NCBI GenBank assembly: GCA_963841565.1
Contig: CAWJCY010000003.1
Coordinates: 1 to 64,000 of the forward strand
Length of the DNA: 64,000 bases
Reading direction: 5' to 3'
From: an uncultured Nitrososphaerales archaeon
Lineage (GTDB): Archaea; Thermoproteota; Nitrososphaeria; Nitrososphaerales; Nitrososphaeraceae
The notes beneath the pieces were generated by a model. The model was not told the origin of the DNA and did not search any database. It was given only the letters and a program-made list of their open reading frames with translations. A program made the translations under genes and the position numbers. Positions 1-9,537 of the stretch are shown one piece after another (the stretch's first letter is position 1; the number at the start of each line of letters is the position of its first letter).

Positions 1-568
1 AGTCGCTATCGGCTATATCAACCAAAAAATTTGACAATTCTAATTGTAATTCGTAGCCTCATAATCTGTATAAGGACCATTGAAAGCTTAAGAAAGAAAA
101 AACTTTGCGAGAAGTAAGAGGTACTAGTCCTAAAGCTGCTGTTAATTACTATACGTACTTGCATTAGGACCTCCTATCATGTGGAACCTTCTGATCGTCT
201 AATAATATAAAGTCTGGAAAATTTGGAATTGCTTTCCCCCCCTTTTCGCCCATGGTTTCGTATTAAGTTAGCTCTATTTGCAGCGCAGCATCACAATTGA
301 CATTAAACTTTGACTGGAGAATCATAATTTCTATCGTCAATCTTGATGCCCTTCTAATTGAAACGAGTTTAGCGAAGACTCCGTAGCAAGCTGATACCAC
401 TAGCAAGAGCTAGCAGTTCCATGAACAGTACCTGTGAATGCACATCGTAAACCGACCCTTTGTTGCATGTTGTCTTTGTTGTAATTAGTGTTCGATTACT
501 CAAAACTACTGTATTCGACTCTAGCTTATTAAGTTAGGAGTACCTGTACATCTGACGAGATAACGATA

Positions 569-1183
569 ATGAGTGATAAACAAGTACCATTTTTTACTGC
601 AAATGATTTGATATATGGCAAGACTTATGGGAACTGGACGGTTGAGTGGTGGCGCTGGATTTTAGGGATCCCAAAGCAGGTAAATCCGGTTGTTGATTTG
701 AGTGGAGAATACACTAGAATGAATCAGCAAAATCGAGATGTATTATTCCTTGCTGGAAAATTGGCCGAAGAAGACGGAAGTCTCCCTGAGCGTAGTTGCG
801 ACGTATCAACCCAGAAATCAATTCTAGTACCTGTGATTAACTGCGAAGCGAATTTGATAGAGAACCCTGAATTAAAAACTTATAAAAACATCATTAAACA
901 TGTAAAAAGTGATGAAGATACTATTATCTGGGCTAAGTGCTATTTGGATGGTAGGGAAATTCAAACACAACGTATTAGTTCAGATCCTCTAGTATTTGAA
1001 GTAAAAATGGTGGACGACAATATATTTGACGTTGGGATGGGAGGAACTACTCATGCATCTGCTGATGGGTACTGGGCATTCTTGAAACCTCTTCCGAGAG
1101 GTAACCATACTATCTCTTTCGAAGGTTCGTGCGAGATGGGAAGATTGCATTCTGGAGCTGTATATCAGATAAATGTTGGGTAG
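569..1183 (+). CDS. Uncharacterised ~200-aa domain protein, paralogue 1 of 5 (cytoplasmic)
   Basis: Motifs YGNWTVEWWRWILGIP..NP..D..G, R.C.V...KSILVP, ASADGY, L.PL..GNHTI.FEG shared with four other ORFs in 0.5-10.2 kb; no signal peptide. Confidence 0.85.
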   Translation: MSDKQVPFFTANDLIYGKTYGNWTVEWWRWILGIPKQVNPVVDLSGEYTRMNQQNRDVLFLAGKLAEEDGSLPERSCDVSTQKSILVPVINCEANLIENPELKTYKNIIKHVKSDEDTIIWAKCYLDGREIQTQRISSDPLVFEVKMVDDNIFDVGMGGTTHASADGYWAFLKPLPRGNHTISFEGSCEMGRLHSGAVYQINVG

Positions 1184-1464
1184 AAAAATGAGGATCCCTT
1201 TGATTGTGCCGACACCTATGCATTATGATGGTTATCCAAGTTCGAAGATCCTTCTAGCCAAAGTTGAGGCATCGTATATTTAATAAAACTGGAGACCCCC
1301 ACAGGACAATGTGACAAATCTAACGAAATTTAAAAGTCGCGATTCGGTCCTGGTTTACCAGAAGAATTTTCGACATAATAGTACCATATTATTCAATTTT
1401 CAAAATTCTATCTGCCTACATTACTAGTTAGGTCATTTGGCAGGAGAAATTTTTAGTCGTGAAG

Positions 1465-1490
1465 TTCCATATGGAATACTATTTATTAAT
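1465..1490 (+). promoter_or_regulatory. Perfect palindrome TTCCATATGGAA followed by TATA box (TTTATTAA) of the small ORF at 1511
   Basis: Palindrome at 1465-1476; TTTATTAA at 1482-1489 lies -29 to -22 from the ATG, the spacing expected for a leaderless archaeal mRNA. Confidence 0.55.
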
Positions 1491-1510
1491 AAGCACTTCG
1501 TAGATATTGC

Positions 1511-1630
1511 ATGGATAAGGCACTAGCGACCCTAAAGGCGATAATTCTCGGCACTGCATCAATAGAATACGCTGGCAAAACGCCAATTAAAAGAACACCA
1601 GGAGACACGACCCAGATGGGGCACAACTAG
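1511..1630 (+). CDS. 39-aa small protein, candidate precursor peptide for the adjacent YcaO (MDKALATLKAIILGTASIEYAGKTPIKRTPGDTTQMGHN)
   Basis: Manual translation (below the ORF track cutoff); well-spaced TATA box upstream, T-rich tract after the stop, convergent with ycaO. Confidence 0.6.
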   Translation: MDKALATLKAIILGTASIEYAGKTPIKRTPGDTTQMGHN

Positions 1631-1870
1631 CGCATTTTTATTTAGATCCTGTAGACTAGTTCGTGGAAACCATTACTAAAGCTAGTTTGACATTCAGTGC
1701 GTGAAAAATAGTCGGTAATCTTTTATCGAATACGATAGAAGTGCCTAGCAGCCATCCCAATTGGAATATGTGAGAGACAGCGTTAAAATAAGACGGACTG
1801 AATCGTATCGACTGAAATTGACCAATTCTGCAGCCCTACAGTGGTGCTGCTTGTCTCTACAATGTTGTAA

Positions 1871-3244
1871 TTATGGGCTAATGAGTCTATTGAAATGTTT
1901 CCTCGCTCTACTACCCATAATTGCTTGGGTTACTTCAAAAGTTTCAAGTCCGGGAACAATCGCTCTTACAACGGGGATCCCGATATCAGGATTTGTAAGA
2001 TTGAATATTATTACTCTTCTTAACCCCGCTTCTTTCAGAACTGCTAGAAGTAAGTTTATGTCTGTCAAAATATCTCTATTTACGTATGTTCTAATTTCGG
2101 AGAAATTCATGACGTTATGCTCACAATTTTGCTCTGTTACCGAAGAAGGCATAAATTGCCATTTCCTTTTGTAAATTTCATCACTATCTTTGTATTGTAT
2201 TCTTTTCAAATCATCCCTCGCTCCTTGGATGTTTACCGCTCTGGTTTGAGAAAGCTCTGTAATCGCTCGTATCAGTGCTACTCTGGAATCTAGGTGGGTT
2301 CCATAACCTTTCGCAAATAGCCCGTAATCATGCGTTATCCAATCAATACTGCTTGCAACAATCGTCGGAATAGGAATATCTTTTTGTGCTATATTCTTTA
2401 TCAGCAACGGAATTCCAGCTTCAGTGAATTTACGAAGTAACTTCTTGATGAAGGGGAATTCCTTAGTTACTTCATCGATCTCGACATCTGGATAAATTGT
2501 GGGGTCATCCACAAATTTTGCTCCAATGGAATCTGATAAATGCGAATTACCGTAATTGGCTGGTACGAGGGATTCTCCTATTTTGTCAACAATATTGTAT
2601 GGAATACAGGATGCACATAAGTCGGCTATGCTAACCGCATCTCTTTCAATGACTTCGCAGAGCGCATGACACACGGCCTCTTCTAGAACAGTGCCAGATG
2701 CAAGTCCATTTGTATGGGAACTTTGAAACACGGAGATAGCCGGGCGTTTTGGAAAGTATCTGTAGTAAACAATCTCTGCGGGAACTAAAATTTCCTCGTT
2801 GTTTAGCAAATCGAATCCTGTTAAGTAGTCTATTGTAGTTGCCCCGTCATAATGAGGACTAACAGGTTCTGTTACCTCTGCTGGATGCAACACGTTACTG
2901 TAAGAATTTGACAGTTCTAAATAACTTGCCTTGATGATCGTTCCTGGGTTAATGCAATGCATTGAAGAGTACCTCTCTATAGATTCCATCACAGCGCTAA
3001 CTTTCGCTTGGGTTTTTGTCGTGCCTTTTCCGCCGTAGACCCAGAATATATCGTCAGTTCCTGGTAACGTAGTAGAATAGTTTGGAATATACAGTCTATC
3101 CATAAATGTTATGTCCGAAATTCTGGTAACTCCTATCTTCTTACAAACTGGCATGACTGTGGTGCACGTTTCATCGATAGGTGTTACTCTTGGTAGCAAT
3201 CCATCCCCGTCTTCAAAATTCTTTATTCTGCTTCTAAGACGCAA
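1871..3244 (-). CDS. ycaO: YcaO-family ATP-dependent peptide backbone-modifying enzyme
   Basis: GVTRISDIT..DR..IP, GKG....A..SA.MESIERYS, TNGLASG, ALCEVIERDA, ALIRAITELSQTR...QGARDD, IPVVRAIVPGLE motifs; no C-terminal PxP. Confidence 0.93.
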   Translation of the reverse strand: MRLRSRIKNFEDGDGLLPRVTPIDETCTTVMPVCKKIGVTRISDITFMDRLYIPNYSTTLPGTDDIFWVYGGKGTTKTQAKVSAVMESIERYSSMHCINPGTIIKASYLELSNSYSNVLHPAEVTEPVSPHYDGATTIDYLTGFDLLNNEEILVPAEIVYYRYFPKRPAISVFQSSHTNGLASGTVLEEAVCHALCEVIERDAVSIADLCASCIPYNIVDKIGESLVPANYGNSHLSDSIGAKFVDDPTIYPDVEIDEVTKEFPFIKKLLRKFTEAGIPLLIKNIAQKDIPIPTIVASSIDWITHDYGLFAKGYGTHLDSRVALIRAITELSQTRAVNIQGARDDLKRIQYKDSDEIYKRKWQFMPSSVTEQNCEHNVMNFSEIRTYVNRDILTDINLLLAVLKEAGLRRVIIFNLTNPDIGIPVVRAIVPGLETFEVTQAIMGSRARKHFNRLISP

Positions 3245-3309
3245 TTACAGATGTATTCATCACAAATCGTAGATTTAGGCTTTTTAGACAGTCCTGACGG
3301 GTCGGGTCC

Positions 3310-4041
3310 TTATTCTGCGATTATGGTATACTTGATATCTTGTGCAAAATTAGGTACCGCACAACCTGGGTCACTACAAATCAAGCTTGACCTAAAATGA
3401 ATTGGGTACGTCCCGTTTGTGAGAGGCTCAGTTAATATGTAGAAGCCATCCGCAACCGCCTTAGAAGGGCCTCCCTTTGCAACACCGAAAAGACCGTTAT
3501 CAGGATAGATCACTTCAAACGGTTCCGTAGGTTGAATACGGTACTTGAGAAGATCTTCGTAACCATATTCTTTATCGCCTATCTTAAGATACAAACTGTT
3601 GACACTATCTTGATCCTTTTTTGCTGAACTGCGTAGGTCATCAACTGAAGAACCTGGGGACTCTTTATCGGACCATTCTACCTGCATTACAGGTATAAGC
3701 AGGGACTTTCCTGCAGGGACTGTACACGTCCTTACTGATTCGCCACCATTGTTAAAGCTCAAGTAGAACACTGATGAATTTGAGTTTGCCTGACCATTCG
3801 CACATTTCTCTCCAGTCCTATCATTTGCAGGATTTTCACTGGCAGGTATTTGTATCGCCCATTTCCAGAAATTTTGTGCATGGTCGGCATATGTTAAATT
3901 GTAAGGAGTGGTATTTGGTGGATAAATATTTACTGAGTTTGAAGCTGCAACTGGCAATACAGTGAAAGATAGAAGAGTGAGCACAGAAACTGACGTTATT
4001 ACGAACCGCACTCTCATTAACATTTCTTGTACACTTAACAA
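3310..4041 (-). CDS. Secreted paralogue 2 of the uncharacterised domain family
   Basis: N-terminal hydrophobic signal peptide; FWKWAIQIP..ENP..D.TG..C, RTCTVPAGKSLLIP, KAVADGFY; four Cys; true start probably 4023 or 4017. Confidence 0.85.
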   Translation of the reverse strand: MLSVQEMLMRVRFVITSVSVLTLLSFTVLPVAASNSVNIYPPNTTPYNLTYADHAQNFWKWAIQIPASENPANDRTGEKCANGQANSNSSVFYLSFNNGGESVRTCTVPAGKSLLIPVMQVEWSDKESPGSSVDDLRSSAKKDQDSVNSLYLKIGDKEYGYEDLLKYRIQPTEPFEVIYPDNGLFGVAKGGPSKAVADGFYILTEPLTNGTYPIHFRSSLICSDPGCAVPNFAQDIKYTIIAE

Positions 4042-4095
4042 ATAGCATCCCTTACAAAAAGATTATGTTAGAGAGCTCAACATTGGTATTCAGCC

Positions 4096-5445
4096 TTGGA
4101 GATCCAGTACGAAGGGTCGTATAGTAACAAAATTTTTGTTATTTTAATGGTTAGCTTAGTTGTCACTATTTTGATTGATACTTCAGTTGTTAAAGTCAAC
4201 GATTTGATCGATAGATATTTTATCCCATTGCAGAGCAAATTAATCTTATTTTCAATCAATAGCATTGCGTGTATTCTTTTACAATATTTTATTATCAGAT
4301 ATATAAGAAATTCACTCCAAGGAAAACGAAGTAGTAAGACACTAAAAATTAAATCGTTCTATTTAATTTCGATAGTATCATTGGGCATATTAGGAACCTC
4401 AATCGGCTTGTTGATATTTCAGCAGTTTTACTTTGGATATTATGAATCATGGACAAGTACGTTGATAATTATCGTTAGTTATGGAACAGGAGCAGCCCTT
4501 ATATCATGGTTGGCTATATTGTTCCTTTCATGGTACAGATCTAATCGCAGATTGATCGTGTTTTTGTATTTTGTTTCCATGATTGTGATTGCCTTTAATT
4601 TGGTGATGGCTGCTACATACGCTACTTTGAAGGCAAATTCCAGACCAGCTCAAGTCGTAGAATACGTAGGAGGATCTGGGGACATAGCTGGGGTTAGATA
4701 TAAGTCTGTTGATACTACTTACAGTATTTCTTCTTTTATGGCATTCTTTAGCATATGGCTTACTACGGCGATCTTGCTGAATTATTACAGGGAAAAGGTG
4801 ATAAGCAGGATATTGTATTGGGTTCTACTTTCTATTCCGATAGTTTATTTTGTTATAACATTCTTTTATCAGCTTTTCTTGAGTACTTTACTAATTTCTT
4901 ATCTGGAGATAGACCCGATAGCTGTTTCAATATTCTTGAGTGCCTTCTTATCATTAAGCAGACCCATTGGAGGACTTTTATTCGGAGCAGCCTTTTGGAA
5001 TATCTCTAGAACGGTAAAGTATGAGAGAAGAATCAGAACCTACATGATTATTTCTGGTTGGGGCATATTTCTGATTTTCACATCGAATCAAGCGGAAACC
5101 CAAGTTGTTGGCCCGTATCCCCCATTTGGACTTGCGACAATAACTGTTTTGAACTTGGCAGCATACTTGGTCTTGTTAGGAATTTACAATTCGGCTAAAC
5201 TCGTCTCAGTGAATAATACTCTGCGAAAAAACATATATCAACATGCCTTGCGATCTGGGCTTCTACATTCAATAGGACAGGCGGAAATGGAAAAAGAAAT
5301 TCAGAAAACAGTAAATGAGATCATCAAGGATCAGCAGGATATTCTAGCAAGAGAAAAAGTGACAAGAGCCGAGTTTGATGAGAAAGAATTAAGAAAATAT
5401 CTAGACCAGGTCATTAACGAAGTCAAGAAAGATAGATCTTCGTAA
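4096..5445 (+). CDS. Polytopic membrane protein (~10 TM) with charged helical cytoplasmic C-tail
   Basis: About ten hydrophobic segments then SIGQAEMEKEIQKTV...LRKYLDQVINEVKK. Confidence 0.85.
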   Translation: MEIQYEGSYSNKIFVILMVSLVVTILIDTSVVKVNDLIDRYFIPLQSKLILFSINSIACILLQYFIIRYIRNSLQGKRSSKTLKIKSFYLISIVSLGILGTSIGLLIFQQFYFGYYESWTSTLIIIVSYGTGAALISWLAILFLSWYRSNRRLIVFLYFVSMIVIAFNLVMAATYATLKANSRPAQVVEYVGGSGDIAGVRYKSVDTTYSISSFMAFFSIWLTTAILLNYYREKVISRILYWVLLSIPIVYFVITFFYQLFLSTLLISYLEIDPIAVSIFLSAFLSLSRPIGGLLFGAAFWNISRTVKYERRIRTYMIISGWGIFLIFTSNQAETQVVGPYPPFGLATITVLNLAAYLVLLGIYNSAKLVSVNNTLRKNIYQHALRSGLLHSIGQAEMEKEIQKTVNEIIKDQQDILAREKVTRAEFDEKELRKYLDQVINEVKKDRSS

Positions 5446-5603
5446 TCGGTCGGTCATTAAGAAATTTGTGTCTAAACCTGTTAGTGCCCCCTGCTAGTGG
5501 AAGTGTCAGGAGCAAACTACCTATATGAGGGTATATAATGTCATAAGCGCAAGGGTTTGTTGCAATTTTGACGTATGTGATCTCTTGGCTACGTAGCATC
5601 GCG

Positions 5604-6914
5604 CTACCTGAAAATGCTTGCACCGGGGAAGGGGGTTTCACTAGGAGGGACAAAGAATATACCACATGCCCTAACAGAAAGAAAATCTTTCATTCCTGGA
5701 ATGTTTTCCGTTCCTGCGAAATTACTATTACCAAGCCAGTTAGGATCAGTCAAAATAAATAATAGTCGAGTAGGATCATTTTGGAAACTAATGAAATTTA
5801 GTCCCACTTTTAAAGGTTCAGAAGAATCATGAAACGAAGGTTCGAGAAATTCGAATCCTTGCCTAAAAATTCGTCTTGAGGCAGGATCCAAACTCTTTAT
5901 ATGGTCTATGTGACGCGTTCTTCCTATATGACTTTGACTCAAGAATCGAATTGAACTATTTGTATCTATTTTAGCTTTCATGCTGATATCTGCAGATGGG
6001 GGCATCAGGAAGTAATTGGGATGGTCGTGATATCTCTTATCAAATGATCGAACCTGTGAAAATGGTGGGCAGCCGGGTTTTCTTATGGGATTCCCATTCT
6101 TGTCAATACCCACTACGGGGATGCCATCTAATTTGTCTCTTCCAATCAGGATCTCTTGATCACACCGCTTAATCTGCTCCCATGCTGCAAGATTGATTTC
6201 AATACGCAAAAATGCAAGATAAGTACCACCCGCAGTCCAGAAATCTTGGTGTACCAAATCATTATTGGTTCTATCGATCACAATCGCTTGCCTTCTCTCC
6301 CTGGTGTTCTTCATGTTTGAAATCTCATCGTGAAATCCCAACCAGCTCCTGCTGTCGTCTCTTTGGAAACCCGTAAAAAATGTAGTAAGAGCAATTCCTC
6401 TCTTTGGGGGGACATTCATCGCAATATATTTCCGCGTCTCCACAACCGCGCGATAGGTTGCTAACTGCGAGTTTGATATAAATTGGACTGTTATGTGTTC
6501 CGTAATTCCTAAATTCCGAGGTACCTCAAGACTATAATTAATTCCTGATCCGTCTAAAATTGGTTCACCACTGACTGCTTCACGAAATTGCTTTCCCCCA
6601 AGATCTCTAGGTGTTTTCTTAGTTATTCCCGGAATAACGAAAATATTAGGACCATAACCAAGGAGAACGGACAGCCCTCCTGAGGGAACACGACGGCCAG
6701 GGAGATCACCTACAACACCTTTCTTAAGTTTCAAATACATCTTCCAAAGACCTCCTAAGTATTCAGCAGTCTCAGACGATGTTATACCATTGGAAATTCG
6801 GAGGAACGCAATCGCAAAACAACTATTTCTAGTATTGCTGTTATTCAATGCTAAATCGTTCAATTGATGTCTCCGATAATAGATCCCGTTTTGTAGTTTC
6901 TTCCCTTTTACCAT
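5604..6914 (-). CDS. DyP-type (dye-decolorising) haem peroxidase family protein
   Basis: LGFHDEISN (GxxDG variant), GGTYLAFLRI, QE.LIGR.K.DG, SHIGR (proximal His), RRIFRQG (distal Arg), GLNFISFQ. Confidence 0.8.
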   Translation of the reverse strand: MVKGKKLQNGIYYRRHQLNDLALNNSNTRNSCFAIAFLRISNGITSSETAEYLGGLWKMYLKLKKGVVGDLPGRRVPSGGLSVLLGYGPNIFVIPGITKKTPRDLGGKQFREAVSGEPILDGSGINYSLEVPRNLGITEHITVQFISNSQLATYRAVVETRKYIAMNVPPKRGIALTTFFTGFQRDDSRSWLGFHDEISNMKNTRERRQAIVIDRTNNDLVHQDFWTAGGTYLAFLRIEINLAAWEQIKRCDQEILIGRDKLDGIPVVGIDKNGNPIRKPGCPPFSQVRSFDKRYHDHPNYFLMPPSADISMKAKIDTNSSIRFLSQSHIGRTRHIDHIKSLDPASRRIFRQGFEFLEPSFHDSSEPLKVGLNFISFQNDPTRLLFILTDPNWLGNSNFAGTENIPGMKDFLSVRACGIFFVPPSETPFPGASIFR

Positions 6915-6965
6915 CTCAGATTCGCTTTTATTAAATCGTTATCGGATGGGTAACAAACAATCCGA

Positions 6966-7703
6966 CTATCTCCATGCACGCGTGACGATACGACGTCTGG
7001 CAGAAACATCCTCCATAGTTTCTTTTCTTTTTCCTTGTATTGTGATGTCATAAACAGAATCAGTATGATATGCTCCAGTTACACCACCAAAATTAATACG
7101 ATAAGTTGAGGGAGGAAGTGAGTCAATCAACAAGAAGATTCCTGCGGCGACCATGTCGTAAATTCCAGGGTCATAAGGATTATCGGCTTTATCCTTCAAG
7201 GAGCTGCTTTCTGGAACGTTCAACTTAAACAAAGGAGTTGCAACGTAATATTTCTTCAAATTATTTACGATTTTGCGTGCCTTCGCATCTCCTTTTTTCA
7301 TGATCGTAGCCCAAATAGGTCCACACTTTCGGATATCTATATTAGCGCTATATCGCAGCTGCTCTGGTGTTCTAAGCATCTTCCCCTCATATAGCTCCCC
7401 CACAATAAGCATCTCAACTATTACAGGAACTAAAATGGCTGTTCGTTCAAATACAGTCTGACCATTTTGCCCTGTTCTGTCGTAGATTGCCTTAGGATCA
7501 ATGAAGCGCGGCCCGATGCCAGAATCATTGACAGGAAGATAATTCACGTTTCCTCTCAGAAAAACTATATCGCCTCCATCATACGTATCAGGATATTCGG
7601 AAAACAACCAATTACACCATGTTGTCACCCATTCACTATATGACATACCAAGAAAGTTTTCGGAAGGTCTAACAATGTTAGCTCTCAATACTAAAGTCAG
7701 CAT
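6966..7703 (-). CDS. Paralogue 3 of the uncharacterised domain family (most divergent)
   Basis: FLGMSYSEWVTTWCNWL, IVFLRG, AILVPVI, MVAAGIFLLI..LPP.TY.I.FGG, VYDITI; start likely ATG 7703 or TTG 7688 given TATTAATA at 7716-7723. Confidence 0.8.
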   Translation of the reverse strand: MLTLVLRANIVRPSENFLGMSYSEWVTTWCNWLFSEYPDTYDGGDIVFLRGNVNYLPVNDSGIGPRFIDPKAIYDRTGQNGQTVFERTAILVPVIVEMLIVGELYEGKMLRTPEQLRYSANIDIRKCGPIWATIMKKGDAKARKIVNNLKKYYVATPLFKLNVPESSSLKDKADNPYDPGIYDMVAAGIFLLIDSLPPSTYRINFGGVTGAYHTDSVYDITIQGKRKETMEDVSARRRIVTRAWR

Positions 7704-7984
7704 CAACTCATGTGATATTAATACTTCTAATTTACAATGAGTGGGTGCATGATGGCACATAAAAATTCTTGCTCGAGTCAATTATTAGATTTCCGTTGGT
7801 TTGGATCAGATAAATTGATAGATAGGTAACTAGAAGCTTTGTTCTGTCCTCAGAAATTGTGAGAAGCGATACCGCTGACCTCCCCCCTTTATAGGTGGAA
7901 TCTTACCCTTTCGTAATCCATTACGATTGCCCTACTGAACGAGATGGATTCAGTTTCATATTAAGTCAAAAAGGCATCCGAAAA

Positions 7985-8629
7985 TTACACTGACACTTTA
8001 AAAGTGTATGTTACATTCTCTACGTGGTCCTCTTTAGCTGGTTCCCCTCGGTTTGCAAACTCTATAGTGTCTTTTCTGCCTGCAAGTCTTATTTTGCCCT
8101 CAAAATGTATCTCATGATCTCCAACGGAAGGCTCCCATACAATATATACACCATCTGCAACAGCTTTGGAAATGCCTTTGTGAACGTCGAAAAGAGCACC
8201 ATCTGGAAATTCAACATCAAACGGATCCGTACGAACTCGAAAACGACTTTCCAGAGTTCTTTCGGGAAGTCGTTCTCCGTCTATTTCAATATGGCCATAG
8301 TCTATACTGTCGTGATCCACATCGGCAAATCTATACAATTGGGAAATGTCTGGACTATGACTTTCAAATTCTGAACCAATGAAGCTGAGGGAGGGTATGA
8401 ATATTTTTTTGCCGCGCTCAACGGTACCAATCTTCCGATTAAAAGGTTCAGCTAATCCTGGGGGGAGAAATATGTATTCATCCCTTTTTAGAGTAGATTT
8501 GTTCGCTTCTATAATTTTATTTCCATCACTATGAAAACCCGGACTAATAGATTCGGGAAAGCTGCAAAACCATTTGAAATACTCCTCCACAATTTCTGCT
8601 GCAGCACGACTCAGAGTATCGTTACTCAT
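7985..8629 (-). CDS. Paralogue 4 of the uncharacterised domain family
   Basis: YFKWFCSFP, GKKIFIPSLSF, DHDSID, IDG, KAVADGVY, GDHEIHFEG, VTYTFKV; start MSNDT at 8629 with TTTATTA about 30 nt upstream. Confidence 0.85.
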   Translation of the reverse strand: MSNDTLSRAAAEIVEEYFKWFCSFPESISPGFHSDGNKIIEANKSTLKRDEYIFLPPGLAEPFNRKIGTVERGKKIFIPSLSFIGSEFESHSPDISQLYRFADVDHDSIDYGHIEIDGERLPERTLESRFRVRTDPFDVEFPDGALFDVHKGISKAVADGVYIVWEPSVGDHEIHFEGKIRLAGRKDTIEFANRGEPAKEDHVENVTYTFKVSV

Positions 8630-9537
8630 TAATACTGATAACTTATTATGGCTAATAAACTTTAGATGACAGGCAATACAACAATCATAAGATTTCATTC
8701 GTCAACATGCTCGCTGATCCTGAATTTTGTTTCTTATTTTGTCTGTGTTCCCATAATGGGACCCAACTTAATTAGATGGTAAAATGATTACGTGCCTTCT
8801 CCCTTAACCTAACTAGGTAATCTCTCCTTCGTTTTCACGAAATGAGATTATCTTATCGGACAATTAGGTCCGAAGCGGGTTTGACGTACTTTCGGGGGAC
8901 AAGGCGCAAATCATCATGGTCCATTTCGAAAGGGGTAGGAATTCTGTTGCTCCGAGTTGATTAGTCGAAAAGATCGCATTCGATCTAATTCTTAAATTAT
9001 TGTTTGTCATCTTAAGGAAGACACATGAATAGAGTAGATTGTCGACAAGCAACCGTTATAGGTATCAGTTACTGTTTTGTTCTCTCTGATTCCGTTATCT
9101 GCTTTCAACCGATCCCTTTCTGTAGAATATCATAAGCGATCTGTGATGCATACGGGTTGCCGATGCGGTCTCTTCGACGAGTCCACGTAAAACATTTGTG
9201 TGGACAGAAGTCAGTTCATTTGTATCGAAATATTATTTGTCCATATAGGCAGTTGATTAGATTCATAACATAATGCGAATCTCTCCATGCACCAAAGCCT
9301 ATCTCCTTAGAAAATAATTCGAAGGTTAGAAGGAAAATCTAGGGGGCATATTTTCCATTATTTTTTTCGGCAATATGTATTATTACTTCTTACGGATGTA
9401 AGACACATTAGGTTGAATAGCTGCAAGTTCTCCGGATAGAAGCAAAACGGCTTCAGTTTGATGAACTCGATAATGATGAAGTTTCCAACAAATCCTCAAG
9501 TTTCGCATCCTACTGTAAGAAAGTACAGGTCCTAAAG

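Noticed and set aside
164-253. 29-aa minus-strand ORF MGEKGGKAIPNFPDFILLDDQKVPHDRRS as a second precursor peptide
   Set aside because: TATA-like sequence is too close to the ATG, no similarity to the 1511 peptide; cannot be told from a chance ORF
1188-1283. 31-aa ORF starting just after paralogue 1 (MRIPLIVPTPMHYDGYPSSKILLAKVEASYI)
   Set aside because: No independent support for translation and no recognisable motif
1465-1476. TTCCATATGGAA as an ORB replication-origin element
   Set aside because: Spacer differs from the ORB dyad, no G-string, single copy, no orc1/cdc6 nearby
1761-2174. Cys-containing + strand ORF overlapping ycaO
   Set aside because: Antisense shadow of ycaO
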